NCBI GenBank assembly: GCA_024278985.1
Contig: JAJRSC010000014.1
Coordinates: 14,366 to 78,365 of the forward strand
Length of the DNA stretch: 64,000 bases
Direction of reading: 5' to 3'
DNA from: an archaeon
GTDB taxonomy: Archaea > AGJL01 > Methanococci > Methanococcales > Methanocaldococcaceae
Shown here: positions 9,922 to 20,719 of the stretch, piece by piece
Numbering within the stretch: position 1 is the first letter of the stretch
Layout: each line of letters opens with the position of its first letter
Notes under the pieces: generated by a model
The model's database searches: none
What the model saw: only the letters and a program-made list of their open reading frames with translations
Told to the model about the DNA's origin: nothing
Translations under genes and position numbers: made by a program

Positions 9922-10970
9922 TTAAAATGATATTTCATCCAAGACCTTCACCAATAGCTGCTGCTATGTATCAATTAAGAGATTTAGGAGTAGATGGGAT
10001 TATAATACATGGTCCATCTGGCTGCTGTTTTAGGACTGCAAGATTATTAGAAATGGATGGAGTAAGAGTTTTTACATCAGGAATAAGTGAAGATAATGTA
10101 ATTTTTGGGGCTGAGAAAAATTTAAGGGAAGTTTTAGATTATGCCATCTCTTACATCAAAAAAGAAAATCCAATTATTGGAATTGTTGGGACATGTGCAA
10201 GTATGATTATAGGAGAAGATATTTGGAGCATTGCTGAAGATTATAAAAATGCAACAATTATACCTGTTGAAGTTTATGGAGGTTATGAAGATAATACTGT
10301 TGGGGCTATAAAAGTTATGGAATCTGCCTTAAAAATTGGATTAATTGATGAAGATGAATATAATAGGCAAGTGTATTTATTAAAAAAAGCAACAGAATTA
10401 GAAAAAAAGAGAGGAATGGCTAAAGATAAGTATATTAAACCTTGTTATGATGATGACTTAAAAGAAGTTTTAAAGATATTAAAAGATGCTAAAGAGGATA
10501 ACCTAAAAGTTGCATGTGTGTTAAATGCTAAAAAAGAAACTGCTTATTTGTTTGTTCATCCATTGATAGTTTTAAATGAAATATTTAACTGTATAAATAT
10601 TGGTAATTTAAACAAAAGTAAAGGACTACCTAAAATAAAAAAAGATGCTGAAAATATATTAAAGAGATTTAAACCTGATTATATAGTTGGAGGTTTAGAT
10701 GAATATCCCATAACAGGAGAAAAAATTGTTAATATTTTAAAAAAGGAAAATGTAGATATAGCAGTAGTTACAGGCATTCCTCATGCTCTACCTATTGAAA
10801 ATCTTGATATTGTAAAAATAGCAGTATCTGATGGTCCAAGAACATACTATCCTATAAAGGAAATATATGATTATGCTATTGTAGAGTTAGATGCTCATGC
10901 TAAAGTTTTAGGTAAAAGGGATGTTGTAAAATCAAGATTTGGAGAAGTTTTAGAGATAGCATTAAAATAA
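9918..10970 (+). CDS. cfbD: Ni-sirohydrochlorin a,c-diamide reductive cyclase, catalytic subunit (F430 biosynthesis)
   Basis: HPRPSPIAAA...HGPSGCCF...GTCASMIIGED (NflD). Confidence 0.93.
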   Translation: MIKMIFHPRPSPIAAAMYQLRDLGVDGIIIHGPSGCCFRTARLLEMDGVRVFTSGISEDNVIFGAEKNLREVLDYAISYIKKENPIIGIVGTCASMIIGEDIWSIAEDYKNATIIPVEVYGGYEDNTVGAIKVMESALKIGLIDEDEYNRQVYLLKKATELEKKRGMAKDKYIKPCYDDDLKEVLKILKDAKEDNLKVACVLNAKKETAYLFVHPLIVLNEIFNCINIGNLNKSKGLPKIKKDAENILKRFKPDYIVGGLDEYPITGEKIVNILKKENVDIAVVTGIPHALPIENLDIVKIAVSDGPRTYYPIKEIYDYAIVELDAHAKVLGKRDVVKSRFGEVLEIALK

Positions 10971-10985
10971 TTTGGTGACTTTAAT

Positions 10986-12377
10986 ATGATTTTAAAGCAG
11001 ATTAATCAAGATAATATTTCTCCTCTTGAAGTTTATAAAAATATATTAGATAAGAATACTTTTCTTTTAGAATCTGCTGAACTAACTAAAGAGGCAAGAT
11101 ATTCAATATTAGGAAAAGCTGAGGGTAAGGTTATTTTTAAAAATGGAAAATTAAAAATAGAAAGCTATTCTGATTTTGGAGATTTAGCTAAAGATTTAGA
11201 AGGAAAATATGAATGTCCTTTAGATGCATTAAGAGATGTAAAAAATATTTGTTGTTTAGATGTTAAAAAAATAAATCCATATCCAAGATTTAAAGGAGGG
11301 TTAATAGGTTATCTAAGTTATGATATTGTAAGATATTGGATAGAGTTAGATAAAATTACTGATGATTTAAAATTTCCTGATGCTGAATTTTTTATAGTAA
11401 AAGACTTTATAAGTTTTGATTTAAAAGAAAAAAAAATAAATTTAATCTCTGATAGTAATGAGGGAATAAAAGAACTAAAAAAATATTTATATATTAATAA
11501 AAAAGAAGATACCAATTTAGAGATTAAAAATATAAATAGTAATACATCAAAAGAAGAGTTTATAAATGCTGTTGAAAAAGCAAAAGAATACATTTTTGCA
11601 GGAGATATTTTTCAGGTTGTTTTATCGAGAAGAATTGATGCAGAATTTAAAGGAAATGCATTTGCTATTTATGAAAAGTTGAGGGCTATTAATCCCTCTC
11701 CTTATATGTATTACTTAGATTTTGGAGATAGGAAAATTATTGGTTCTTCTCCTGAAATACTGGTTAGGACAGAATATAAAAATAATAAAAAATATGTAAT
11801 AACAAGACCAATTGCTGGAACTATAAGAAGAGGAAAAGATGAAGAAGAGGATAAACAACTTGAAAAAATTTTATTGAGTGATGAAAAGGAGAGAGCTGAG
11901 CATGTTATGCTTGTTGATTTAGCAAGGAATGATATAGGAAAAATATCAAAATTTGGAACTGTTAAGGTAACTGATTTTATGACTATTGAAAAATATTCTC
12001 ATGTTCAGCATATAGTAAGTAATGTTATTGGAGAACTTAAAGACAAATATGACTCTTTTTTAGCTGTTAAGGCAACATTTCCAGCTGGAACATTAAGTGG
12101 AGCCCCAAAAGTTAGAGCAATGGAAATAATTAATGAATTAGAAAAAAGTAAAAGAGGTCCATATGGTGGAGGTGTTGGATATTTTGGTTGGGATGATGTT
12201 ATGGATTTAGCTATAACTATAAGAACCTTCACATTAAATAAATCTAAACTATCTCTTCAAGTAGGTGCTGGAATAGTTGCTGATTCCATTCCTGAGAAAG
12301 AATGGGAAGAAACTGAAAGGAAGGGTATGGCAAATATGAAAGCTATTGAGGGGATTGTAAATGATGATAGTATATAG
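10986..12377 (+). CDS. trpE: Anthranilate synthase component I
   Basis: [43 protein letters not shown]. Confidence 0.95.
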   Translation: MILKQINQDNISPLEVYKNILDKNTFLLESAELTKEARYSILGKAEGKVIFKNGKLKIESYSDFGDLAKDLEGKYECPLDALRDVKNICCLDVKKINPYPRFKGGLIGYLSYDIVRYWIELDKITDDLKFPDAEFFIVKDFISFDLKEKKINLISDSNEGIKELKKYLYINKKEDTNLEIKNINSNTSKEEFINAVEKAKEYIFAGDIFQVVLSRRIDAEFKGNAFAIYEKLRAINPSPYMYYLDFGDRKIIGSSPEILVRTEYKNNKKYVITRPIAGTIRRGKDEEEDKQLEKILLSDEKERAEHVMLVDLARNDIGKISKFGTVKVTDFMTIEKYSHVQHIVSNVIGELKDKYDSFLAVKATFPAGTLSGAPKVRAMEIINELEKSKRGPYGGGVGYFGWDDVMDLAITIRTFTLNKSKLSLQVGAGIVADSIPEKEWEETERKGMANMKAIEGIVNDDSI

Positions 12378-13902
12378 AGAAGAAAATGAATTAATTAAAA
12401 AAGTACTAAAAGATTTAAATCTTCCAGATAGAGTTTATATATTTGATACAACACTAAGAGATGGAGAACAAACTCCTGGAGTTTCATTAACTATTGATGA
12501 AAAGGTAGAAATTGCTAAAAAATTAGATGAGTTAGGTGTGGATGTCATTGAGGCTGGTTTTCCTGTTTCATCAGTTGGAGAAAAGGAGGCAATAAAAAAG
12601 ATTGTCAAAGAAAATTTAAATGCTGAAATATGTGGATTGGCAAGAGCTGTTAAAAAGGATATTGATGTGGCTATTGAGTGTGAAGTTGATAGAATACACA
12701 CATTTATAGCTACTTCACCACTTCATAGAAAATATAAATTAAAAATGAATAAAGAGGAAATAATAAATAAAGCAGTTGAAGCTATTGAATATATTAAAGA
12801 ACATGGAATTAAAGTAGAATTCTCTGCAGAAGATGCTACAAGGACAGAATTAGATTATTTAAAAGAAGTATATAAAAAAGCAATAGAAGCAGGAGCAGAT
12901 ATAATTAATGTGCCTGATACTGTTGGAGTAATGATTCCAAGAGCTATGTACTATTTAATTAGTGAGCTTAGTAAAGACATTAAAAACATCTCTGTCCATT
13001 GTCATAATGATTTTGGTTTAGCAGTTGCTAATTCCTTGGCAGGAGTTGAAGGAGGAGCTATACAAATCCATTGTACTATAAATGGATTAGGAGAAAGAGG
13101 TGGAAATGCTGCATTAGAAGAGGTAGTAATGGGACTAATGTCATTATATGGAATAAAAACAAATATTAAAACTGAACTACTATATGAGATATCTCAATTA
13201 GTTGCTAAATATACTGAAATAAAACCACAACCTAATAAGGCAATAGTTGGAGATAATGCCTTTGCTCATGAAAGTGGAATACATGCACATGGGGTTTTAG
13301 CACATGCCTTAACATATGAACCAATACCTCCAGAGGTTGTAGGGCAAAAGAGAAGAATGATTTTAGGAAAACATACAGGAACTCATGCAATTGAAGCAAA
13401 ATTAAAAGAATTAGGAATAACTGATTTAAGTGAAGAACAATTTAATGAAATAGTTAAAAGAATAAAGGCATTGGGAGATAAGGGTAAAAGGGTTACAGAT
13501 AAGGATGTTGAGGCAATAGTTTCTGATGTTGTTGGAAAAGTTCCAAGAGATGAGAGAGTTGTTGAACTTAACTATATTGGAGTATTTACTGGGGATAAGA
13601 TAATTCCAACGGCTTCAGTTGCTTTAAAAGTTAATGATGATATTATAAAGACGTCAGCTATTGGTGTTGGTCCAGTAGATGCTGCTGTTAAGGCAATACA
13701 AAAGGCATTAGGAGAAAAAATAAAGATTAAAGAGTATCATATTGATGCTATAACAGGAGGTACTGATGCATTGGCAGAGGTTGTTGTAACTTTGGAAGGA
13801 TTTGGAAAAGAAGTAACTACAAAATCAGTAAGAGAGGATATTGTTAGGGCAAGTGTTGAGGCAGTTATTGATGGAATAAATAAAATTCTATCAAAAAAGT
13901 GA
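12361..13902 (+). CDS. leuA: 2-isopropylmalate synthase
   Basis: [22 protein letters not shown]; C-terminal regulatory domain GVGPVDA; resembles MJ1195 as recalled. Confidence 0.85.
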   Translation: MMIVYREENELIKKVLKDLNLPDRVYIFDTTLRDGEQTPGVSLTIDEKVEIAKKLDELGVDVIEAGFPVSSVGEKEAIKKIVKENLNAEICGLARAVKKDIDVAIECEVDRIHTFIATSPLHRKYKLKMNKEEIINKAVEAIEYIKEHGIKVEFSAEDATRTELDYLKEVYKKAIEAGADIINVPDTVGVMIPRAMYYLISELSKDIKNISVHCHNDFGLAVANSLAGVEGGAIQIHCTINGLGERGGNAALEEVVMGLMSLYGIKTNIKTELLYEISQLVAKYTEIKPQPNKAIVGDNAFAHESGIHAHGVLAHALTYEPIPPEVVGQKRRMILGKHTGTHAIEAKLKELGITDLSEEQFNEIVKRIKALGDKGKRVTDKDVEAIVSDVVGKVPRDERVVELNYIGVFTGDKIIPTASVALKVNDDIIKTSAIGVGPVDAAVKAIQKALGEKIKIKEYHIDAITGGTDALAEVVVTLEGFGKEVTTKSVREDIVRASVEAVIDGINKILSKK

Positions 13903-13907
13903 AGTAA

Positions 13908-14759
13908 ATGGAATTTTCTGAATGGACTAAAGAAAAAAGGAAGTTAAATAGTTTAGAAGAATTAAAAAAGGATATTATAGAACAATTAAATGAGATTAAT
14001 GAGAAGGAAGCTATAGCTATGGTAAGTGGTGGAAAAGATAGTTCATTAGCTGTTGCCTTGTCTTTAGATGTTGGAGTTAAAATAAAATATTTAGTTCATT
14101 TTTATCATAAATGGAGTTGGAATATTGCCAAAAAAAATGTTGAAAATCTTTCTAAGAGATTTAATATTCCTGTTATATATATTGATATGACTGAGGAACT
14201 TTTAAAGAGAATTAGAGGGGCTTATGGTTCGGGAATCTGTAGAATATGTAAAAATATAATGAAAGATTTTACTGCAGATATTGCTAAAAAAGAGGGAATT
14301 AAATTAATTATAACAGGAGATACTGCATTAGAAAGAGTTTCTGGAGCTATAATGAACTATTTAAGAGAAAAATATGGAGAAGTAATTTACAACAAAATGG
14401 AAATTACTCCTGTCCCAAAAAAATATAAACTTCTATTTTTTAGACCTCTTATAAGAGTTGGATATAGTGATATTTTGAAATTGTTGGATTATTACAATAT
14501 AAAAGTTGAAAAAGCTTATGAAGTTGGAGATAGAAGTTTCTGGAGAGAAGGCTGTTGTTTGCAGTATGCAGATGAATCTACTCCCCTATCAAAAGAGTTA
14601 TTTGATGAACTTTATAAATATAATAAAATAGTTACATCAATAGCTAAAAAATATGGATTTAGGGCTTCAATAAAATTACCTTCTAAAACTATATTAACTG
14701 TTCCAGATGATGAGAAATATAAAGAATTAATTAAAAATGAACTTAAAAAATTGTGTTAG
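13908..14759 (+). CDS. PP-loop (adenine nucleotide alpha hydrolase) ATPase of unknown substrate
   Basis: MVSGGKDS; CRIC; FFRPL; EGCC. Confidence 0.75.
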   Translation: MEFSEWTKEKRKLNSLEELKKDIIEQLNEINEKEAIAMVSGGKDSSLAVALSLDVGVKIKYLVHFYHKWSWNIAKKNVENLSKRFNIPVIYIDMTEELLKRIRGAYGSGICRICKNIMKDFTADIAKKEGIKLIITGDTALERVSGAIMNYLREKYGEVIYNKMEITPVPKKYKLLFFRPLIRVGYSDILKLLDYYNIKVEKAYEVGDRSFWREGCCLQYADESTPLSKELFDELYKYNKIVTSIAKKYGFRASIKLPSKTILTVPDDEKYKELIKNELKKLC

Positions 14760-14881
14760 ATAACCATTTTAAATAATCATTATTATATTATTTTAATGTA
14801 TTTAGCTCAATACTATTTTATTTTTTGGTTTTATAATTGAATAATATGGATGCTATTATAATTTAATATCTGATGTGAGCT

Positions 14882-15523
14882 ATGAAAGAGATTAAAGAAT
14901 TTTATGATAAATGGGATTTAAGTAATGCTCCAAGGTATATAAAAATTTTAATTAATTATGCTGATTCTTTGATTAGAGAGGAAATAAAGGATAAAGTTGA
15001 GGGTTTTATTTTAGATGCTGGAACAGGTTTTGGGGCTTTTTATGATATACTAAAAGATAAAGAAGTTATTTATTTGGATATATCATTAAATTTATTAAAA
15101 AAACATAAGGGAGATAAAAAGATATGTGCTAATCTTTATTATCTTCCTTTTAAAAATAATTGTTTTGATACTGTTCTATGTATAAATGTGCTTGAACACT
15201 TAGATTTAAAGGTTGTTGATGAACTTTTAAGAGTTTTAAAACCAAATGGTAAGTTAATTATTGTAGGAATTAATAGGGATAGTATTATTAAAGAGGAAAT
15301 TTTTAATGTTTTTCCAATATATCATAAACCTATATCAATAAAAGATTTTAAAAACTACAAAATAGTATATAAAAAAAGTTTTTATTTTGTTCCATCATTT
15401 TTTAAAATTATCCCATTTTTGGATAAATTTTTATTTAGGTTTTGGAAAAGAATTGATAAATTTTTATCAAAATATTCCATGAGAGGAGAATATATTATTT
15501 TAATAATAGAAAAGGAGGAATAA
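14882..15523 (+). CDS. Class I SAM-dependent methyltransferase
   Basis: ILDAGTGFG motif I; LPF..FD; VLEH; RVLKPNG. Confidence 0.88.
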   Translation: MKEIKEFYDKWDLSNAPRYIKILINYADSLIREEIKDKVEGFILDAGTGFGAFYDILKDKEVIYLDISLNLLKKHKGDKKICANLYYLPFKNNCFDTVLCINVLEHLDLKVVDELLRVLKPNGKLIIVGINRDSIIKEEIFNVFPIYHKPISIKDFKNYKIVYKKSFYFVPSFFKIIPFLDKFLFRFWKRIDKFLSKYSMRGEYIILIIEKEE

Positions 15524-15524
15524 T

Positions 15525-16172
15525 ATGCCTAAATTAATGCTTGCCTTAGATGTTGAAGATATAGAAAAAGCTAAAAAAATAGTTAAAGAAACCTTGCCCT
15601 ATATTGATGCTATAAAAGTTGGATATCCTTTAATTCTACCCTATGGGATTAAGGTTATTGAAGAGATAAAAAAAATATCTAACAAAGAGATTATATGTGA
15701 TTTTAAACTTGCTGATATTCCTTCAACAAATGAAAAGATTGCTAAGATTGCCCTAAAATATGGTGATGGAATTATAGTTCATGGATTTGTTGGGGAAGAT
15801 TCAATAAAAGCAGTCTTAAATGTATCTAAAGGAAAAAAGGTATTTTTAGTTACTGAAATGAGTCATGAAGGTGCTAAAAAATATTTACAACCTATATCTA
15901 ATGTATTAGCTTTATTGGCTAAAAAATTAAATCTCTCTGGAATAGTAGCCCCATCAACAAGACCAGAAAGATTAAAAGAATTAAAAAATCTTTCATCTCT
16001 ACCAGTTATTACTCCAGGTGTTGGAGCTCAGGGTGGAAAGATAGAGGATATTATTGATATTTTAGATAATGATGATTACGTTATAATTGGGAGAGCAATA
16101 TACAACTCTAAAAACCCAAAAGAGGCTGCTAAAAAATATAAGGAGATACTAAATGCTAAAAAACATTCTTAA
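15525..16172 (+). CDS. pyrF: Orotidine-5'-phosphate decarboxylase
   Basis: LALD, DFKLADIPST, TPGVGAQGG, IIGRAIY. Confidence 0.96.
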   Translation: MPKLMLALDVEDIEKAKKIVKETLPYIDAIKVGYPLILPYGIKVIEEIKKISNKEIICDFKLADIPSTNEKIAKIALKYGDGIIVHGFVGEDSIKAVLNVSKGKKVFLVTEMSHEGAKKYLQPISNVLALLAKKLNLSGIVAPSTRPERLKELKNLSSLPVITPGVGAQGGKIEDIIDILDNDDYVIIGRAIYNSKNPKEAAKKYKEILNAKKHS

Positions 16173-16785
16173 GGGACAAGTGGATAGAGAAATTATAACT
16201 CAAATCTATGGCTTACCAGGAACAGGAAAAACAAATATTTGTATAATCAGCTCTATAAATTTTATTAAAAATGGAGGAAAAGTTGTTTATGTAGATACTG
16301 AAGGAGGTCTATCAATAAAAAGAATCTTACAAATAGAAAATAATCACAAAATTTTAGAAAATCTTTTAGTTTATAATGTATATGATTTCTATGAGCAAAA
16401 TGATATAATAACTAAAGAACTACCTAAATTAGTAAAAGATATAGATTTAATAGTTGTTGATAATATAACATCACTATATAAATTGGAGTTAAGTGATAGC
16501 TCATCAAAAAATATAACTTTAAATAGAATCTTAGGAAATCAAGTTAGATGCTTATTAAAAATGGCTAAAATAAATAATTTAGCTGTTGTTATAACAAACC
16601 AAGTAAGTGAAACAATAAATGGATTAGAGGCATCAGGAGGGAATTTATTGGAGTATTGGAGTAAATGTATTGTAAGATTAGAAAAAACTAATAATGAGAG
16701 ATGGGCATATTTAGAAAAGCATCTATATGCTCCAGAGCAAAAAATAAAATTTAAAATAGTAAATAAAGGTATTGAGATATTATAA
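16153..16785 (+). CDS. radB: DNA repair protein RadB
   Basis: YGLPGTGKT Walker A, VDTEGG, TNQV, LEKH; short RecA core with no N-terminal HhH. Confidence 0.92.
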   Translation: MLKNILKGQVDREIITQIYGLPGTGKTNICIISSINFIKNGGKVVYVDTEGGLSIKRILQIENNHKILENLLVYNVYDFYEQNDIITKELPKLVKDIDLIVVDNITSLYKLELSDSSSKNITLNRILGNQVRCLLKMAKINNLAVVITNQVSETINGLEASGGNLLEYWSKCIVRLEKTNNERWAYLEKHLYAPEQKIKFKIVNKGIEIL

Positions 16786-17063
16786 TATTAATAATTTTTG
16801 TTTTTATACTATAAAGGTATTGGAATACTCAAACTCATTAAATTACCATATTCAGGGATAATTAATATCCTATTTTTTTGATTTTAACAAGAAAACAATT
16901 TTACGTATTTAGTATTAAATTCGATACGGTAATTAGATAGATAAAAAGTTTCATGATGTTCTATAACTGGATGAAATCATTTAACTTGAGTAATAGATAA
17001 AATTAAATAATTCTAAATATCTTTTTAGGTATATACTAATATTATTATGTTTAGGGTGATACA

Positions 17064-17918
17064 ATGTCAGAAATTAAAAAAGCTGTTATTCCAGTTGCTG
17101 GATTTGGTACAAGGATGTTACCAATTACAAAAGCACAACCAAAGGAAATGGTTACAGTTGTAGATAAGCCAGTTGTCCAGTATGTTGTTGAGTATTTAGT
17201 AGATTGTAATGTTAGAGATATATTATTTATAACTGGAAAGGGTAAGCAAGCTATAGAAAATCATTTTGATAAAAATTTAGAATTAGAATATTTATTAAAA
17301 AAATCTGGAAAAGAAGAACTCTTAAAAAAAATAATGTATATAAATGAACTTGCTAACATTTTTTATGTTAGGCAAAAAGAACCTAAAGGTTTAGGAGATG
17401 CTATTTTACATGGGGAGAACTTTGTAGGAAATGAATATTTTATAACAATGGTTGGAGATACAATATATTCAAAAAATATAATTGAAGATATGTTATATCT
17501 CCACAAAAAATACAACTGCTCAATAATTGCATTGGAGAGAGTAAATAAAAAAGATGTTCATAAATATGGAGTTGTTGAAATTAAGGAATATAATGGAGTA
17601 TATGAAATTGTTGATATGGTTGAAAAACCAAAACCTGAAGAAGCTCCTTCAAATCTAATTATTACAGGGGCATATATTTTATCACCTAAGATATTTGACT
17701 ATCTGAAAAAAACAAAACCTGGAAGAGGAGGAGAGATACAACTAACAGATGCTATTAAAGATATGCTCTCAGAGGAGAAGGTTATAGGTTTTGAAATAAA
17801 TTGTAAGAGATACGATATAGGGGATATATTAAGTTGGTTAAAGGCAAATGTTGAGTTATCTGCTGAGAGATTTCCAGAATTTAGAGAATTTTTAAAAGAA
17901 TTTGCTAAAAATCTTTAA
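17064..17918 (+). CDS. galU: UTP-glucose-1-phosphate uridylyltransferase
   Basis: KAVIPVAGFGTRMLPITKAQPKEM; RQKEPKGLG; VEKP; GEIQLTDA. Confidence 0.93.
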   Translation: MSEIKKAVIPVAGFGTRMLPITKAQPKEMVTVVDKPVVQYVVEYLVDCNVRDILFITGKGKQAIENHFDKNLELEYLLKKSGKEELLKKIMYINELANIFYVRQKEPKGLGDAILHGENFVGNEYFITMVGDTIYSKNIIEDMLYLHKKYNCSIIALERVNKKDVHKYGVVEIKEYNGVYEIVDMVEKPKPEEAPSNLIITGAYILSPKIFDYLKKTKPGRGGEIQLTDAIKDMLSEEKVIGFEINCKRYDIGDILSWLKANVELSAERFPEFREFLKEFAKNL

Positions 17919-17937
17919 AATTTTTTTTGTGGTAAAT

Positions 17938-18345
17938 ATGGATATTGCAATAATTTTAGGTTTGTTGGTAGCTATATTATATGTGGTAGGAACTTTTTTT
18001 GCAAAAATAGTTTGTGAAAAAAATCCACTATTTCAATGGGTAGTTGTTAATATTGTTGGGATTATATTATGTATTGCTTTGATAGTTAAATATAAAAATA
18101 TACTTATAACAGATAGTAGAGTTATATTATATGCTATTATAGCTGGGGTATTTGTTGTTGTAGGGTCTTTGGTTTTGTATTATGCTCTATACAAAGGGAA
18201 GGCAAGTATAGTAGTTCCATTATCATCCATTGGACCAGCTATTACTGTTATACTTTCAATATTATTTTTAGGAGAATCATTAACTATAAATCAAATAATA
18301 GGAATTGTTTTAATTATTATTGGAATTATATTACTCTCTATTTAA
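17938..18345 (+). CDS. EamA/DMT-family small transporter
   Basis: ATG at 17938 after a GGT RBS; YYAL..GKASIVVPL...FLGESL; about 5 TM helices. Confidence 0.82.
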   Translation: MDIAIILGLLVAILYVVGTFFAKIVCEKNPLFQWVVVNIVGIILCIALIVKYKNILITDSRVILYAIIAGVFVVVGSLVLYYALYKGKASIVVPLSSIGPAITVILSILFLGESLTINQIIGIVLIIIGIILLSI

Positions 18346-18350
18346 TATAT

Positions 18351-18462
18351 ACGAAATTCGTCATAAAGTTTTGAAAATATCTATAATACAAAATCTTAAT
18401 TTTGGTTCGAAATTCGGAGAATTACTAAATAAAAGTTATATAAATTGTAAATCGAAATTGTT
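18351..18462. promoter_or_regulatory. Three CGAAATT(C/G)-type palindromic sites around a BRE/TATA upstream of hsdM
   Basis: ACGAAATTCGT 18351-18361, TCGAAATTCGG 18407-18417, TCGAAATTGTT 18452-18462; AAAAG-TTATATAA at about 18431-18443. Confidence 0.5.
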
Positions 18463-18607
18463 GATTATAAAACCAACAAAAATAAAATAATATCAAGTTT
18501 TTATTGGACTTTTTTGGAATAAAAGTAATCATAAAAATTATGAGTTTATTATATAATATTTATATAATAGTGGAAACATTAAAATAACTATCTAATTTGG
18601 TGATGGT

Positions 18608-20281
18608 ATGAAACTTAAAAATATTGAGCCAAGATTTTTGAGAGCATATAATATATTAATGGAGAAGTTTGGGCTATTTCCATTTACCTATGATATGGCT
18701 AAAGAAGTACTTAAAGATAGGTATGAAAATATAAATGAAGTTTTATCTAAATTGGTAGATGCAGGATTATTAGAAAAAACTGCAAAAAAGGAAGATAAAA
18801 GAAAGAAATTTTATAAAATAAAACCATTAGTCTGTGAAAATATGGGAAAGATAACTAAAGATAAACTAATTAACCTACTTAAAGAAGGTGCTGATATAAT
18901 AAGAACACAGGTAGATTATAAAGTATTGTTATTATTCTTATTTTTTAAGGCAATTAGTGATAAATATCTCCTAAAAGTTAATGAATTAAAAAATGAGTTT
19001 AAAGATTTAGATGAAGAAGATATTTATGTGTTAGCAAATGAGGAAATTTTAGAACTTTATGATGTTGAGAGTAAAAAGTTGTATGTTTGGCAAAATGTAA
19101 AAAATAACCCAGAGGATTTTATAAATGCTTTAAATAAAATTATTGAGATGAATGAAGAAAAATTAAGTGGTTTAGATGAGTTAATAAAAAGAACTGGACT
19201 TCCTTCATTGTTTGAAAATGAAAATAAATATATAGTACAACAATTAATTAATTTATTTAGTAGTACAGATTTTTCAGAAGTATCTTATGATATATTAGGA
19301 GATGCATATGAGTGGATTTTAAATTATTTTGCTCCAACAAGGGCAAAAGAGGGAGAGGTTTATACACCTATTGAAGTTAGCAAATTAATTGCTCATTTAG
19401 TAGAGCCTAAAGATGATGAGGTTATCTTAGACCCTGCATGTGGGTCTGGTTCTATGTTGATAGAGCAGTATAGATTTGTAGGTAGTAAGCCTAATATTGT
19501 ATTAGTTGGACAGGAGAGGAATGATGTAACTGCTGTTTTGGCAAAGTTGAATTTTATACTTCATGGAATTAACTTAAAAGATGCTAAGGTGTTTATTGGA
19601 GACTCTTTACTAAATCCAAAATTTGAGACATTTATTAAAGAGATTAAAAAAACTGAAAAAGCTGATAAGGTTGTAGCAAATCCACCATGGAATCAAGATG
19701 GTTATGATGAGAATACTTTAAAAAATAATGAGAAATATAGAGAAATTTATAAATATGGATTTACAAATAAAAAATCAGCTGATTGGGTATGGATACAGCT
19801 GATAAACTATTATACTGAAAAAAAGGCAGGAATTGTTTTAGATTCTGGAGCTTTATTTAGAGGAGGGAAAGAGAAGACAATAAGAAAAAGGTTTATAGAA
19901 GATGATTTAATTGAGGCTATTGTTTTATTACCTGAAAAGATATTTTATAACACTCAAGCACCAGGAATTATTTTAGTTTTGAATAAAAATAAGCCAGAAG
20001 AGAGAAAAGGAAAAATTTTGTTTATAAATGCTTCTAATGAATATATTAAGCATCCAGAGGTTAAAAAGTTAAATAAACTCTCTGATGAGAATATTGAGAA
20101 AATAGCAAGGGCATATAAGGAGTTTAAGGATGTTGTTGGCTTTTGTAGAGTTGTAGATATTGAGGAGATTAAAAAGAATGACTATAACTTAAATGTTTCT
20201 TTGTATGTCTTCCCAATTGATGAAGGGGAAGATATAGATTTAAAAGAAGTATATGAAGAGCTTAATAAGTTGCATAATTAA
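18608..20281 (+). CDS. hsdM: Type I R-M methyltransferase subunit with N-terminal wHTH; stop probably premature (frame continues to 20341)
   Basis: GDAYE, GEVYTP, DPACGSG, ANPPW; after TAA the frame reads YLDKFEIVKGYLEEIKDVD*. Confidence 0.92.
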   Translation: MKLKNIEPRFLRAYNILMEKFGLFPFTYDMAKEVLKDRYENINEVLSKLVDAGLLEKTAKKEDKRKKFYKIKPLVCENMGKITKDKLINLLKEGADIIRTQVDYKVLLLFLFFKAISDKYLLKVNELKNEFKDLDEEDIYVLANEEILELYDVESKKLYVWQNVKNNPEDFINALNKIIEMNEEKLSGLDELIKRTGLPSLFENENKYIVQQLINLFSSTDFSEVSYDILGDAYEWILNYFAPTRAKEGEVYTPIEVSKLIAHLVEPKDDEVILDPACGSGSMLIEQYRFVGSKPNIVLVGQERNDVTAVLAKLNFILHGINLKDAKVFIGDSLLNPKFETFIKEIKKTEKADKVVANPPWNQDGYDENTLKNNEKYREIYKYGFTNKKSADWVWIQLINYYTEKKAGIVLDSGALFRGGKEKTIRKRFIEDDLIEAIVLLPEKIFYNTQAPGIILVLNKNKPEERKGKILFINASNEYIKHPEVKKLNKLSDENIEKIARAYKEFKDVVGFCRVVDIEEIKKNDYNLNVSLYVFPIDEGEDIDLKEVYEELNKLHN

Positions 20282-20357
20282 TATTTAGATAAGTTTGAGA
20301 TTGTTAAGGGATATTTAGAAGAAATTAAAGATGTTGATTAAGTATATAGGGATTTTT

Positions 20358-20708
20358 ATGCCAAAAAAAAATAATGGAAGAAAAAAGAGAAAAGGGAGCA
20401 AAAAAGAGAAGATAATAGCAAATAGATATAAAAAAGCTGGTTATAGAGTAGAAACAAATAAAATTATTAAATTAAACCAATACAAGCGTGGAGAAATTGA
20501 TATTTTAGCAACTAAAAAAGATAAAAAAATAGTTATAGAATCAAAAACTGGAAGCCAAACAATAACCTCCTCAGATATTATAAAACTATCTAAAAAATCA
20601 AATAAAGTTAGGGCTAAGCCAGTGCTATATTTAGGTCCTAAAACAAAAATAACAAATAAAGCCAAAGCATTGGCCAGAGAATTGGGGATAACTATAAAGA
20701 GAGGATAA
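20358..20708 (+). CDS. Small basic PD-(D/E)xK nuclease (Mrr-cat/YraN/Hjc-like)
   Basis: E..(helix)..GEIDILA...VIESKTG; ATG at 20358 after a GGGA RBS. Confidence 0.7.
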   Translation: MPKKNNGRKKRKGSKKEKIIANRYKKAGYRVETNKIIKLNQYKRGEIDILATKKDKKIVIESKTGSQTITSSDIIKLSKKSNKVRAKPVLYLGPKTKITNKAKALARELGITIKRG

Positions 20709-20719
20709 ATGGGATATTT

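Noticed and set aside
14760-14881. Possible C/D box sRNA (CTGA near 14870)
   Set aside because: No RTGATGA C box and no GC enrichment, which a structured RNA in a hyperthermophile would need
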